From: a virus
Taxonomy: Duplodnaviria; Caudoviricetes
Virus record (IMG/VR): IMGVR_UViG_3300032030_000015
Span: 64,001 to 128,000 of that record
DNA length: 64,000 nt
Direction: 5' to 3' (one strand)
A program made the translations under genes and the position numbers. Positions within the stretch are counted from its first letter, which is position 1; each line of letters starts with the position of its first letter. A model generated the notes under the pieces. That model searched no databases and was not told the DNA's origin. It saw only the letters and a program-made list of their open reading frames with translations. This document shows, in pieces, positions 36,942-47,556 of the stretch.

Positions 36942-39900
36942 ATGGCCCGTACATCACCCGTTCACTACATAGCCCCCAGTGCAATAAGCATCACGCCCAA
37001 CGCCAACGGCTCTCACCGAGACTTGGCAGTATACGTCGCCAAGGGTGCAAAGATAAAAGTCCTCTGCCCAAGGGCTGGCATTGGCTATGTGAAGAATGAA
37101 TATCAGGAGTGGACGCTTAGCGGGCGCAACCGCAGGCTGGCCGATACTACAGGAACAGTACCATATACCATCTATGCACGACTGAAAAAGACGGGCGACA
37201 AGACTGGCTATCTTGTGTTTGTCCCAAAGTCTGAGAATGGGACGGACAAATACCAGTATCTCACGCTGGCCGACAATGCCATAAACGGAATCACTTCCAT
37301 AGATGGCGCCACCACGAGTTATTTCGACTGGTACATACGTCTTGGCGACGTTTCGGCGGCAGAGAACGGCCAGCGCACCGTCACGCTCGACACCGGCATA
37401 CTGGGCACCGACCAGTACAACGAGAAGTGGGCGCTGAATCCCGACTTGCTGCCGCTGCGCATAGAGCTGGGCTGCACCATCGACGACGAAGACGCAGGCC
37501 CGACGCCATATGTCTACTGGGGGCAGCAGCTCGTGCTCACCGCTACCCTTACCGAAGGATGGACGGGTACCGACATCAAGCGCTTCGACCACTGGGAAAT
37601 TACGAGGGATTCCGGCGACAGCGATGCCGACAATGCGTGGAACCATCCAACAGGTGCAGGCAGCTATCGCGGACTGACCGACGGGCAAATCACCCTGACG
37701 CATGCCCGTGGCGTGGGCGATGACTTCAACGGCGCCGTTGCAGCAACCTTTACCGTGGTGGCAATGGGACATCCGGAGGAGGGTTCCGAATCGCAGGACC
37801 TTGTTGCTCTGAAGACTGCCGTCATCAATATCCATGCCGAGACGGTGGAGCGGTACGAGCTGGCCATGACAGCCAACATCGTGGGCTACAACCCCATGAC
37901 TCAGGCCTACGATCCTGACAGCATCACGCTCCGCATCCGCGCCACCGACCAGCGCGGCGACGTGTTCGAGATGACCAAGGGGCAGATTGACAATGCCGGG
38001 CTTGAAGTACAGTATGCAGCCGTCGGCTCTTCCGGATGGCGGACACTTGACTTCACGGGTGCAAGCGACGTCGTGGGCACGGCAACGCTCATTACCGCCA
38101 CCGCCTTTGCCGCCCAGCAGAGCATCAACGTGCGACTGGTACGTATCATAGATACCGACGGAGGCAGCTCCGAGACAGAGCTGACGCAGCAGACCATCGC
38201 CTTCGTCCGCGACGGCGAGGACTCGAAGGTGCGCGAGTGGATTTTCTACCGCAGTACCAAAGCTATCACCTTCGGCACCGTGCAGAACCCCTACCCTGCC
38301 GACGTTACCGGTGGCGAGGTGAACCCATCCGCCATCGCAGACGGCAGCGACAGCGACAAAAATCAGGACGGCTGGGTGCCCGAGGGGTGGACTGACGAGC
38401 GCCTCGGTGCTGACGACACCTACCGCTATGAGTATAGTTCCTACCGCGACTACGTTCGTGGCGGCGACTCATCGTCCTCTGGCGACGTCGGCGGATGGGG
38501 ACCTTTCTCCGAGCCTCGCGTGCAGAGTCACTGGGGTGCCGACGGCAAGACCTCCGTCCGAATAGACCTCGACAACCCACACGAGGACTTCCTCTACTCC
38601 GACGACTCTGACAACACACATGGCGGTAGGGTCTCTGATCCCGTGACAACACAGGCACGCCTCTATGACGGCGGCGAACTGGTGAACACAGGCGTGACAT
38701 GGAGCATCGACCCCTCGCTCTCCTACGGCGTCGTCCTCAGCGACGGCCAGAGTCCCTACTTCGCATGGCTTGACAACAGCACGCCTGGCCTGCTGCATGT
38801 GGAGGGCATCTACGCACAGTCCTCCTTTGTCACCGTGAAGGCCGTCTACGGCGACAACACCTACTATGCGAAGTTCACCGCCAACATGTGCCGCCAAGAC
38901 AAGTACTCGCTGGTGCTGACGCCCAACGCCGTAGCCTACAATTCGGCGACCTATGCCACGCAGGTCGTCGCCGTAGCCGTGACACGCCTCGATATCGGCG
39001 GCGCGAAGAGCGACGTCGTCTTCGCCTCCGGCGGCGATGATTTCTACAACCCTGTGAAAATCAGCTCCACGTCGGGATGCGGCCTTCTGCGTCTGTTTGT
39101 CACCTACAGGAAGAAGTCCGGCGACAACGTGTCGCAGGTCACCGAGCAAATCCTCTCCGAGACATTCAGCATAACGGCAGGCGCCGACAACGTCGCCGAC
39201 CTCAATGACGACATCTACTTCGAGCTGCGCAAGTATGCCAGCGCGGATGCCGCCAACAGCAGTACATACAAGATCATGGACTACGACACCGTGCCCATTA
39301 CGAAGGCCGAGAACGGCGACCCTGCTATCGTCTATACCCTTATTCCAAGTTTAAGCTCTGTCCATCGTGATAGCGACCATATCCCAAGCGTTGACTCCAT
39401 CAGCTTCAAGGTATCGAAGACCGTCGGCGGCACGACTTCCGAGATTGGCAATTGGAATACGGAAGGTCTGACACTATACCACAATATCGGTGACAGTGAT
39501 GTTAATGATGGTACTGTCAGCGGAGCGACTAAGACTTTAACGGGTATACAGAATGGCCTTTACTACGAGAATGACTCCGTAGAATGGATATTGAAAAAAG
39601 GCAGCTCTGTTGTTGACCGCAAGGTTGTCGGTACTGTCGATGACGGTAGTCCGGGAGATGCAGGTCTTGACGCATGGACGCTCGCCGTCTCGCCGCAGGC
39701 CGTCATCATCACCCAGTCGAAGGACGACCCCACCGACTTCGGACTCTCAGCCTCGAACCCCCGAGTCATCGCCGTCACGGCACGGTGCGGCAACCATCCA
39801 GCCACCGTCATCCTGTCCAGCGTCGGCGCCAGCATCCCCTCGGGAGTGACGCTGGTACGGCAGGACAACACCGCACGCATAACGGCCATCAGCACCTACG

Positions 39901-41768
39901 GCGACAGCTACCCGCAGCGTTTCGACATCCAGCTCCAGGGGTCGGCAATCTACGGCTCGCGGTCCTACAGCTTCACGCTGACCGTGCCCGTCGCCGTCAA
40001 CCTCATGGGAACCATCAAGACTACCATCCAGGGCGACGTCGAGACCACAGTGGCCAGCCGCGTGACGTCGGAGATTGACAGCCGCGGACTCCTTACCGCC
40101 ACGCAGGCCGAGGCTACCTACATACGCTCGGCTGACCTGAACGTCAGCGAGCTCCGCGAGGAGGTCGACGGCGCAGTCTCCGCAGTCAGCCGCGTAGAGC
40201 AGACGGCAACGCAGCTGCAGAGCCGCGTCACAGACAGCGAGGGCAACATAGGAAAGCTGCAGATACAGGCACGAAACATCTTCCTCGGACTGATGGACGG
40301 TAGCTACCAGATGCTGCCCAACCCCGGATTCCTCGCCACGGACATCGCCAAGTGGAGCTACAGTGCGACGTACTGGAGCTTCACAACCTCCGGATCCATA
40401 CGCTACGCCAGCTCAGTGCGTAAGTACACTGGCTATAACAACAACGTCGGAATACTCAAGCTCGCCACGCCCGTCATAATGACCGGAGGCAGGTGGTACA
40501 CGCTGGGCTTCGACCTCTCGCTGGCCAGCGCAGCATCATCCACACCGATATTCACGGGCACCGTCACCATTGCCGGACAGTCCGCCTCAAACCCCACACA
40601 ACTGCTGGCAATGCCGATGAAAGGCGGCGAAGAATACAACATTAACGTAAGAGGTTTTATACTTTCCGGAGGCGGCTACCTCACCGTGGGCATCTACAGC
40701 TCCGGCGGAAGCACACCTCTTGCGGCAACGACGTTCAATTCCACCGACGGTTCAATACGCACCATCACGCTGACGGCACCGGCGGACGGAACGTACTACG
40801 TCAAAGGCTACGGAGCGGGACAAGTGACCCTGGTCACGGCGGACAAGGGAACGCTGCGCCTGAACATAACCCACGCAAACGGTTTTACAGGCAACATCTA
40901 CGTCAACGGCAAGCCGGAGAAACGCACTGCGACCGATTCCTACGACTTCTACTTTGCCACCTCCGCCACCAGTTACCTGCGGCAGGTCATCACCTTCGAG
41001 TGCGACGACAACTTGGAGGAAACGGCCAACGTGTCGTTCTACAGCCCCATGAACGGACTGCCCATACGCATCATCCGACCGCGGCTGGAGGAGGGCATGG
41101 AGGCACGGGGCTTCGGCAGCGACATCGAAGGTCTCGCACGCACAGGCATCGACATCGAGCGGGGTAAGATTACCGCCGTAGCCGACCAGTTCGAGTGGCA
41201 GAACCGCGACGGCGACCAGATCATGGGGCTCGACGCGGCAGGCAACGCCGAGTTCGCAGGCATAGTACGCTCGAAAGGCATTTACCACAGCATCGGGTTC
41301 TTCAGTGTCTCTAACGGCACCACGGCCTACAACTGGACGTACCAGGACGGCTATGTACGCACCGAACGCAACTATCTGACACCAGAAGAATACTCCGACG
41401 AGTACGAGGAAGGACACGGCTACGTCTCCGCATGTATTTACGTCGGATGCGGACTGCTCGACATCATATACCTGCGATTCGCAATCGCCGACCACTGTCT
41501 CTACATACCCAATCCGCAGGGCAACGAGGGAAAGCAGATCGAGATTTACAAGGGCAACACCACCTATCAGTGGCATATCGGTACAGACCCTAACGTCGCC
41601 AACCATACGTTCTACGACGCTATGTTTAACGGCGGCATAATACAGAGCAACTACATCGTCCTGACGGCTTCAACCATCTACGTCCGGCTGCTGAGCAACG
41701 GCGAACAGTGGTATGTCCTTGAACGGCGAGACAAGTACGGGACGGTAACGACCATCCAGAACATCTGA
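36942..41768 (+). CDS. large tail fibre / host-specificity protein
   Basis: 1608 aa, Thr/Ser/Gly-rich beta domains, coiled segment VSRVEQTATQLQSRV, carbohydrate-binding-like C-terminal part. Confidence 0.7.
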   Translation: MARTSPVHYIAPSAISITPNANGSHRDLAVYVAKGAKIKVLCPRAGIGYVKNEYQEWTLSGRNRRLADTTGTVPYTIYARLKKTGDKTGYLVFVPKSENGTDKYQYLTLADNAINGITSIDGATTSYFDWYIRLGDVSAAENGQRTVTLDTGILGTDQYNEKWALNPDLLPLRIELGCTIDDEDAGPTPYVYWGQQLVLTATLTEGWTGTDIKRFDHWEITRDSGDSDADNAWNHPTGAGSYRGLTDGQITLTHARGVGDDFNGAVAATFTVVAMGHPEEGSESQDLVALKTAVINIHAETVERYELAMTANIVGYNPMTQAYDPDSITLRIRATDQRGDVFEMTKGQIDNAGLEVQYAAVGSSGWRTLDFTGASDVVGTATLITATAFAAQQSINVRLVRIIDTDGGSSETELTQQTIAFVRDGEDSKVREWIFYRSTKAITFGTVQNPYPADVTGGEVNPSAIADGSDSDKNQDGWVPEGWTDERLGADDTYRYEYSSYRDYVRGGDSSSSGDVGGWGPFSEPRVQSHWGADGKTSVRIDLDNPHEDFLYSDDSDNTHGGRVSDPVTTQARLYDGGELVNTGVTWSIDPSLSYGVVLSDGQSPYFAWLDNSTPGLLHVEGIYAQSSFVTVKAVYGDNTYYAKFTANMCRQDKYSLVLTPNAVAYNSATYATQVVAVAVTRLDIGGAKSDVVFASGGDDFYNPVKISSTSGCGLLRLFVTYRKKSGDNVSQVTEQILSETFSITAGADNVADLNDDIYFELRKYASADAANSSTYKIMDYDTVPITKAENGDPAIVYTLIPSLSSVHRDSDHIPSVDSISFKVSKTVGGTTSEIGNWNTEGLTLYHNIGDSDVNDGTVSGATKTLTGIQNGLYYENDSVEWILKKGSSVVDRKVVGTVDDGSPGDAGLDAWTLAVSPQAVIITQSKDDPTDFGLSASNPRVIAVTARCGNHPATVILSSVGASIPSGVTLVRQDNTARITAISTYGDSYPQRFDIQLQGSAIYGSRSYSFTLTVPVAVNLMGTIKTTIQGDVETTVASRVTSEIDSRGLLTATQAEATYIRSADLNVSELREEVDGAVSAVSRVEQTATQLQSRVTDSEGNIGKLQIQARNIFLGLMDGSYQMLPNPGFLATDIAKWSYSATYWSFTTSGSIRYASSVRKYTGYNNNVGILKLATPVIMTGGRWYTLGFDLSLASAASSTPIFTGTVTIAGQSASNPTQLLAMPMKGGEEYNINVRGFILSGGGYLTVGIYSSGGSTPLAATTFNSTDGSIRTITLTAPADGTYYVKGYGAGQVTLVTADKGTLRLNITHANGFTGNIYVNGKPEKRTATDSYDFYFATSATSYLRQVITFECDDNLEETANVSFYSPMNGLPIRIIRPRLEEGMEARGFGSDIEGLARTGIDIERGKITAVADQFEWQNRDGDQIMGLDAAGNAEFAGIVRSKGIYHSIGFFSVSNGTTAYNWTYQDGYVRTERNYLTPEEYSDEYEEGHGYVSACIYVGCGLLDIIYLRFAIADHCLYIPNPQGNEGKQIEIYKGNTTYQWHIGTDPNVANHTFYDAMFNGGIIQSNYIVLTASTIYVRLLSNGEQWYVLERRDKYGTVTTIQNI

Positions 41769-41803
41769 CACACAATATTTAACAACCCAACAGACAACGA
41801 GAT

Positions 41804-42478
41804 ATGATATACCCAGGGACAGACATAAAATGGATGGTGACAGTCGAGATGGACGGCTTCTCGATAGACGAGGACGACATGGAACTGGTCATCAAGAACA
41901 GATACGGGCAGGTGAAGTATTCGTACAAGGCCGAAGATTTCTACACCAACGGCAATGGTATGTGGTTCTTCAACATGCCCAACGCTCGCAGAGGCTCATA
42001 CTTTGCCTTACTGACGTGCTGGCGCGGTGACGAAGACTTCCACGACGGCTATCAGAAGGTGACAGACATCCAGCACTTCGTCGACGTCGGCGTCTGCGGC
42101 TGCGCCAATCACACCTGTCACTGCTGTCAGACCGACGGCATGAAGGTGACGTACACGCGAGTATGGACGGTAAACTTCCAGGACGGCATCTACTTGGCCG
42201 ACAAGGACGGAAATCCGATACGTGATTGCAACGGCGAGCTGATACGCTTTAGCGACCGTGTGCCGGAGCGTAAGGACGTACGCATCGACATGACGGCTGA
42301 GGAGTTCAAGCACTGGATGGACGACCGCGACAAGAACGGTATCATCGACACGCGGAAGGAACTGGAGGACGTTCTCGGCGGTGTTGACGACGACACCGAA
42401 TTGGGGCTGATGACACCGGACGACACCAGAGACATGATGAGCCGAATACTGAACAACAACGAAAATACAGGAGGATAA
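41804..42478 (+). CDS. fibre-module structural protein
   Basis: 224-aa ORF in late operon. Confidence 0.65.
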   Translation: MIYPGTDIKWMVTVEMDGFSIDEDDMELVIKNRYGQVKYSYKAEDFYTNGNGMWFFNMPNARRGSYFALLTCWRGDEDFHDGYQKVTDIQHFVDVGVCGCANHTCHCCQTDGMKVTYTRVWTVNFQDGIYLADKDGNPIRDCNGELIRFSDRVPERKDVRIDMTAEEFKHWMDDRDKNGIIDTRKELEDVLGGVDDDTELGLMTPDDTRDMMSRILNNNENTGG

Positions 42479-42482
42479 AGCT

Positions 42483-42806
42483 ATGCCAAGACCAAGAGAA
42501 GACAAGTCGGTGCGCCTGTCGATGTCGGGCGAGGAGTTCAAGACGCTCATTGAGCGTTTTACGGACAACGGGCGGATAGACACCGTTCCAGAGCTGATGG
42601 AGACCGCTGCGGATATGCCGTCGATTATTAACGAGAAGGTGCAAGACGCTATGGACAATATCAGCACGGCAACGGACGAGGATATTACCGACCTTTTCGG
42701 TGGCGAGCAGGATGAGCAGCAGCCCATCGTCAGCGACGGCGACGGTGACGGAATCGACGATTCGCTGATAGCCGACGATGAAGACATCGAAAGCCTTTAC
42801 AGATGA
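42483..42806 (+). CDS. acidic fibre-module protein
   Basis: Shares V(R)..M(T/S).EEFK...D.NG.IDT motif with the C-terminus of the 41804 protein. Confidence 0.65.
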   Translation: MPRPREDKSVRLSMSGEEFKTLIERFTDNGRIDTVPELMETAADMPSIINEKVQDAMDNISTATDEDITDLFGGEQDEQQPIVSDGDGDGIDDSLIADDEDIESLYR

Positions 42807-42875
42807 TGAAGAGGACGTTAGTCCGAATCAATATAGTTCACTTTATTCATTAACAACACAAACACAAAAGCTATT

Positions 42876-43757
42876 ATGGCACTATCAGACGCTCAGAAAG
42901 CAAAACTTATCAAGTTAGGGCAGTTGGCGAAGTTCAAGGAGCTTGCCGATGCCAAGTATCAGGCCGCTATCAGCGACCTCTCAACCATCCGTAGCGGTGC
43001 TGCCGCAGGTGCAACAGCCTATCAGAAGCCTCAGACAGGTATTCCGTCTACCGACCTTGCACAGGCCGTACAAGACGCTATCACCGCCGCAGGCTCGGCT
43101 CTCCAGCCATCGGACATCGCGGAACTGACCAGTAAGGTGTCCGCTCTCGAAGGACTCATCACTGCCGATGACCCCCGTGGTGCCATTGACAAGTTCAACG
43201 AGATTGTCGCCTTCCTTGACGGCATTGATGCTACCACCCTCGATGGCATCCTCACAACCATCAACAGCAATATCGCTGCTAAGTACACGAAGCCTGACAC
43301 AGGTATTCCCGCAACAGACCTCGCCGACAGCGTACAGGCTTCGCTGGCACTCGCCGACACAGCCATTCAGCAGGCAGATATTGACGGCTTCGCCACGAAG
43401 GTTGACGGTGCTACGGCAGGAAACTTCGCCGGGCTTGACTCTAACGGCAACCTTGTAGACAGCGGTGCAAAGGCTTCGGACTTCCAGCCCGCAGGAAACT
43501 ACAAGACCACGCAGAGCGCCGTCGCTGACCCCACTGCCAACGGGACAGCCGTAGCCTTCATCGACTCTATCTCTCAGAATACCAACGGAGAGGTTAGCGT
43601 CACGAAGAAGACTGTTGTCGGTGCCGTGGCATCATCGGCAGGTGTAGGCGGCAATGCTGGCCTTCTGTCTGCTACCGATAAGGAGAAGATTGACGCTATC
43701 GACTACGCCACCGACGCTGAGGTAGCTGCACTCTTTGCCGAGGAGGAAGGCGAGTAA
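42876..43757 (+). CDS. fibre shaft protein
   Basis: KP.TGIP.TDL...VQ repeats; IDKFNEIVAFL; GNFAGLDSNGNLVDSG. Confidence 0.7.
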   Translation: MALSDAQKAKLIKLGQLAKFKELADAKYQAAISDLSTIRSGAAAGATAYQKPQTGIPSTDLAQAVQDAITAAGSALQPSDIAELTSKVSALEGLITADDPRGAIDKFNEIVAFLDGIDATTLDGILTTINSNIAAKYTKPDTGIPATDLADSVQASLALADTAIQQADIDGFATKVDGATAGNFAGLDSNGNLVDSGAKASDFQPAGNYKTTQSAVADPTANGTAVAFIDSISQNTNGEVSVTKKTVVGAVASSAGVGGNAGLLSATDKEKIDAIDYATDAEVAALFAEEEGE

Positions 43758-43812
43758 ACACGTTCACACGGGAGGGGGAGCAACGTCCCTCTCCCCTTAA
43801 AAGGAAACGGTC

Positions 43813-43956
43813 ATGGACAATTTCAATAATAAGACAGTCACTCTCGGCAACCTTGCCACCTACGACGGCCTTATCCGTCAGTGGGTAGACGGCAGAGTGA
43901 TGACTTCCGAGGACACAGACTCCATGATGCAACGTGTACTCGGAGCGAACGATTAG
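43813..43956 (+). CDS. 47-aa fibre-module mini protein
   Basis: Read manually: MDNFNNKTVTLGNLATYDGLIRQWVDGRVMTSEDTDSMMQRVLGAND. Confidence 0.6.
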   Translation: MDNFNNKTVTLGNLATYDGLIRQWVDGRVMTSEDTDSMMQRVLGAND

Positions 43957-43990
43957 TAAACAATTTTTTAACGTTAAGAAATTACGCATT

Positions 43991-44452
43991 ATGGCAAACA
44001 CACTGAAAGACTTGGCTTCTACAGCCAAACTGGTTTCGCAGACCGCGCTTGAGCAGGCTCTGACCGACCTCAAGAATTACATCGACACGCAGGATGCCGC
44101 AGGCGGCTCGTCGGCACAGCAGGCCATCCAGCAGCTGCAGTCACAGCTCGACACGCTCATCGGTGCGCAGGGCGGTGATGTAGACAAGATTATCAACACC
44201 TTCAACGAGATTAAGGCGTTCCTTGCCGACTACGACGAGGACGACACGCTGAAATCAATTATTGACGCTGCCGAGGCTGCTGCTGCCGCTGCTGCCGCAA
44301 CCGCCGAGCAGAACGCCAAGACGTATGCCGACGGTCTGAACACGACAATGTCCGCTCGCGTGAAGACGCTTGAGGACATCAACGTCATGACGGCACAGGA
44401 GGCACACACCATCTACGAAGGAGTGTTCAACTCTGCAGCGGCAGGAGACTAA
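43991..44452 (+). CDS. fibre-module protein
   Basis: INTFNEIKAFL motif shared with the 42876 protein. Confidence 0.7.
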   Translation: MANTLKDLASTAKLVSQTALEQALTDLKNYIDTQDAAGGSSAQQAIQQLQSQLDTLIGAQGGDVDKIINTFNEIKAFLADYDEDDTLKSIIDAAEAAAAAAAATAEQNAKTYADGLNTTMSARVKTLEDINVMTAQEAHTIYEGVFNSAAAGD

Positions 44453-44464
44453 AGGAGGGAGACG

Positions 44465-44632
44465 ATGGGACAGTATGACAATCATCTTGTTAACGGTGAA
44501 GCACTGACGCAGGTGTTGGTGGACATTCACACCGACCAGCAGCGACAGGACGCGGCCACGAAGACCGTAGCTGACGCACTGCCGACGGCACTTGATGTCG
44601 TCGAAATCTCCAAGTTATGGAACAGAACTTAA
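44465..44632 (+). CDS. 55-aa fibre-module mini protein
   Basis: Read manually: MGQYDNHLVNGEALTQVLVDIH...ALDVVEISKLWNRT. Confidence 0.6.
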   Translation: MGQYDNHLVNGEALTQVLVDIHTDQQRQDAATKTVADALPTALDVVEISKLWNRT

Positions 44633-44661
44633 TAACAACAATTAAAAAAAACATTACGATT

Positions 44662-45867
44662 ATGGGAAAATTTCTTGACCAGTCAGGTGTGGCTCACCTG
44701 ATTTCACTCATCAAGGCTGCCTTCGTGGCCAAAGAGAATGGCAAAGGTCTGTCTACAAACGACTATGATGCCGTCGCGAAGGGTAAGGTTGATGCCATCC
44801 CGGCAAACCCCAAGTACACGGACACTACCTACACGTCAAAGTCTGCCGCCGACGGTGGCACCGAGGTGTCGCTCGTCACCACGGGCGAGAAGTACTCATG
44901 GAACAACAAGGGCTCGTACTCGAAGCCGTCGGGAGGCATCCCTGCCTCCGACCTCTCTGCGGCTGTACAAACTTCTCTCGGCAAAGCTGATACGGCTCTC
45001 CAGCAGCATCAGGATGTCTCCGGAAAGGCTGACAAGTCGGCCACCGTCTCGAACGTGGCATGGGATGGCACGAACAAGAAGCTGACGAAGACCATCAACG
45101 GAACTTCGTCGGATGTCGTCAGCGCCGACACCATCAAGGCTGCCCTCTCGCTCGACAAGGGCGACGTAGGTCTCGGCAGCGTCACCAACGACGCGCAGGT
45201 AAAGCGCTCGGAGATGGGTGTCGCTAACGGTGTGGCCACGCTCGACGGCGAGGGCAAGGTGCCCAGCTCACAGCTGCCGGGCTACGTCGATGACGTCGAG
45301 GAGTACGCCACGCAGAGCGCGTTCCCAGCAACGGGCGAGACGGGGAAAATCTACGTCGACAAGGCCACGAACAAGACCTACCGCTGGGGCGGAACGACCT
45401 ACGTCGAAATATCGTCGTCCGACATCACGGGCATCAAGGTGGGTTCTTCCGGAACGACCATCACCCCGTCTGGCGGCGTCATCACCATCCCTGCATACGA
45501 GACAGGCGCACAGGTGAACACCGTCATCAGCGTCGCAGGAAAGACGGGGGCCGTCACTCTCGACAAGTCTGACGTAGGTCTCGGCAACGTAGGCAACTTC
45601 AAGGCCGTCTCTACCGCCGCCTCGCAGGGACTGACTGCCACAGAGAAGAGCAACGCCCGAACGAACATCGGCGCAGGGACGTCGTCGTTCAGCGGGTCGT
45701 ACAACGATCTGTCGAACAAACCGACCATCCCCACGAAGGTCAGCGACCTGACCAACGACTCGGGATTCACCGCCGTCACCAAGGCTACTGTCACTGGATG
45801 GGGCTTCGTCGAGGCTACGGCACTGACAGACGCGGAAATCGACGAGCTGTGGAATGCCGTCGCATAG
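44662..45867 (+). CDS. head/tail fibre protein
   Basis: GKGLSTNDY, NGVATLDGEGKVPSSQLP, SVAGKTGAVTL, SGSYNDLSNKPTIP and VSDLTNDSGF fibre motifs. Confidence 0.8.
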   Translation: MGKFLDQSGVAHLISLIKAAFVAKENGKGLSTNDYDAVAKGKVDAIPANPKYTDTTYTSKSAADGGTEVSLVTTGEKYSWNNKGSYSKPSGGIPASDLSAAVQTSLGKADTALQQHQDVSGKADKSATVSNVAWDGTNKKLTKTINGTSSDVVSADTIKAALSLDKGDVGLGSVTNDAQVKRSEMGVANGVATLDGEGKVPSSQLPGYVDDVEEYATQSAFPATGETGKIYVDKATNKTYRWGGTTYVEISSSDITGIKVGSSGTTITPSGGVITIPAYETGAQVNTVISVAGKTGAVTLDKSDVGLGNVGNFKAVSTAASQGLTATEKSNARTNIGAGTSSFSGSYNDLSNKPTIPTKVSDLTNDSGFTAVTKATVTGWGFVEATALTDAEIDELWNAVA

Positions 45868-45944
45868 CGAACAGAAGTCTCCGGCGGATGTCACCGCAGC
45901 CATCCGCCGGAGTTTACTGAAACCTTTAACGAATAACATCAGAC

Positions 45945-46328
45945 ATGGAGAAATTCTTAGACTCCGCTGGCCTGAGCCAGCTCATAGCAAACATAAAGCG
46001 CGGAACGCCCGTGGCCGTCGTCAGCGGCACCACACCCACGCAGCAGCTCGCACCGAACATGCACTACTCCTTCGGCGAGGTCACAGCACTCACCGTGACA
46101 CTCGGAAGCCCAGTGACGGCAACGCAGGACAACGTCACGAAGTACTACCCCTCGGAGTACACCTTCGAGTTTGACAGCGGCTCTACGGCAACAACGCTCT
46201 CGCTGCCTGCATCCATAGTGTGGCAGGACGGCACGGAACCCGTGATTGCCGCAGGTAAGCACTACGAGATAAGCATCAAGTACGATGCTGCCAACCAGAC
46301 CTACTACGGACTGTGGGCGGAATGGTAA
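45945..46328 (+). CDS. fibre-associated protein
   Basis: KFLDSAGL N-terminus; EYTFEFDSGSTATTLSLP..IVW. Confidence 0.7.
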   Translation: MEKFLDSAGLSQLIANIKRGTPVAVVSGTTPTQQLAPNMHYSFGEVTALTVTLGSPVTATQDNVTKYYPSEYTFEFDSGSTATTLSLPASIVWQDGTEPVIAAGKHYEISIKYDAANQTYYGLWAEW

Positions 46329-46347
46329 CAACTAATCACGCTGCGAT

Positions 46348-47526
46348 ATGAAAGAGAGAAGAAGAGTCATGATGGGCATTGGCGTGAAAGAGCCATACAC
46401 AAGGCTGTTGTTCCTTGAGACGACGGGAACGCAGTATATAGACACTGGTTACAGGCCCAACAACAAGACCCGTATATATGCGAGGATGCAGACCACCGAG
46501 AGCACTCCCTACGGAAGGCTCTTCGGCTGTGTAAGCGGAAGCAACTACAACAGTTCTCCTGCCGTCGTACTGGACTGGGAAAACAATTACAACGGCACGC
46601 TCCATGTCATGTGGGGCAATGTGAGCGGATGGACGAACCTTCAGAGCATCACTGGAGACTACGGCATCCATACCTACGAAATCAACAGGGGTGTAGTGTC
46701 TTATGACGGCACGCAGGTGCATGACTTCGAGGACAGCGACACTTGGCAGACCACCGTGAACATGGCCATATTCGACTACTTCAAATCGACGGGTATCAGC
46801 GGTGGCGACGAGCGCATGATAGGCCGCGTATATGAGTTCAAGATATGGGAGGACGATGTGCCAGTGAGGGATTTCGTTCCCGTGCTGGTTGACGGCGTGG
46901 CATATCTGTACGACAAGGTGACGAAGCAGCTCTACGGCAATGCTGGCACTGGTGTGTTCCGCTACGCAATCAGCGAAAGTAATCTCATCAGGACAGAATA
47001 TATTGAGACCGACGGCGCGCAGGCGATAAACACCAGCATCGTTCCCAAGGACAACGGGGAGTACTCTATAGACTGTTTGTTAACCACCGTAGAAAACGAC
47101 ACTCCCGAAGCTATGGTGACAACGTATAGCTATACCTATTATGTTAGGTTGCGATTCGAGTTTAGTTACAGGTGGAGCTGGGTTAGAGCAGGTTTCCTTG
47201 ACCAAGGCTCAGGTGAAGTTAGTATCAATACAAGAACAAGGCATCTGTATACCATTGACAAAAAAGGCTTATACATTGACGGAAACCAGTCGAAAGGGTG
47301 GTCTTCGTCACGTTCCTTCGAGACTGGCTACAACGAGAAAATCTCCATCATAAAAAACACTTTCATCGGACGGATATACGGAGCGCAGATAAAGGAAGGC
47401 GGTGTACTCGTCCTTGACCTCATCCCTGGCCGCATCGGTACTGTGGGCTGTATGTACGACCGTGTCAGCGGACGTGTCTACCCTAACGACGGCACGGGCG
47501 ACTTCAGGGTAGGGCCAGACGTATAA
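46348..47526 (+). CDS. putative receptor-binding protein with two tandem lectin-like repeats
   Basis: Duplicated ETTGTQYIDTG.../ETDGAQAINTS... each ending YD(K/R)V...Y.N.GTG.F. Confidence 0.65.
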   Translation: MKERRRVMMGIGVKEPYTRLLFLETTGTQYIDTGYRPNNKTRIYARMQTTESTPYGRLFGCVSGSNYNSSPAVVLDWENNYNGTLHVMWGNVSGWTNLQSITGDYGIHTYEINRGVVSYDGTQVHDFEDSDTWQTTVNMAIFDYFKSTGISGGDERMIGRVYEFKIWEDDVPVRDFVPVLVDGVAYLYDKVTKQLYGNAGTGVFRYAISESNLIRTEYIETDGAQAINTSIVPKDNGEYSIDCLLTTVENDTPEAMVTTYSYTYYVRLRFEFSYRWSWVRAGFLDQGSGEVSINTRTRHLYTIDKKGLYIDGNQSKGWSSSRSFETGYNEKISIIKNTFIGRIYGAQIKEGGVLVLDLIPGRIGTVGCMYDRVSGRVYPNDGTGDFRVGPDV

Positions 47527-47556
47527 ACAAATAGGATAAAAAAAAGAACAACGGCA

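Noticed and set aside
46348-47526. DGR target/template pair
   Set aside because: The two repeats are diverged at all bases rather than only at adenines; no reverse transcriptase in the window
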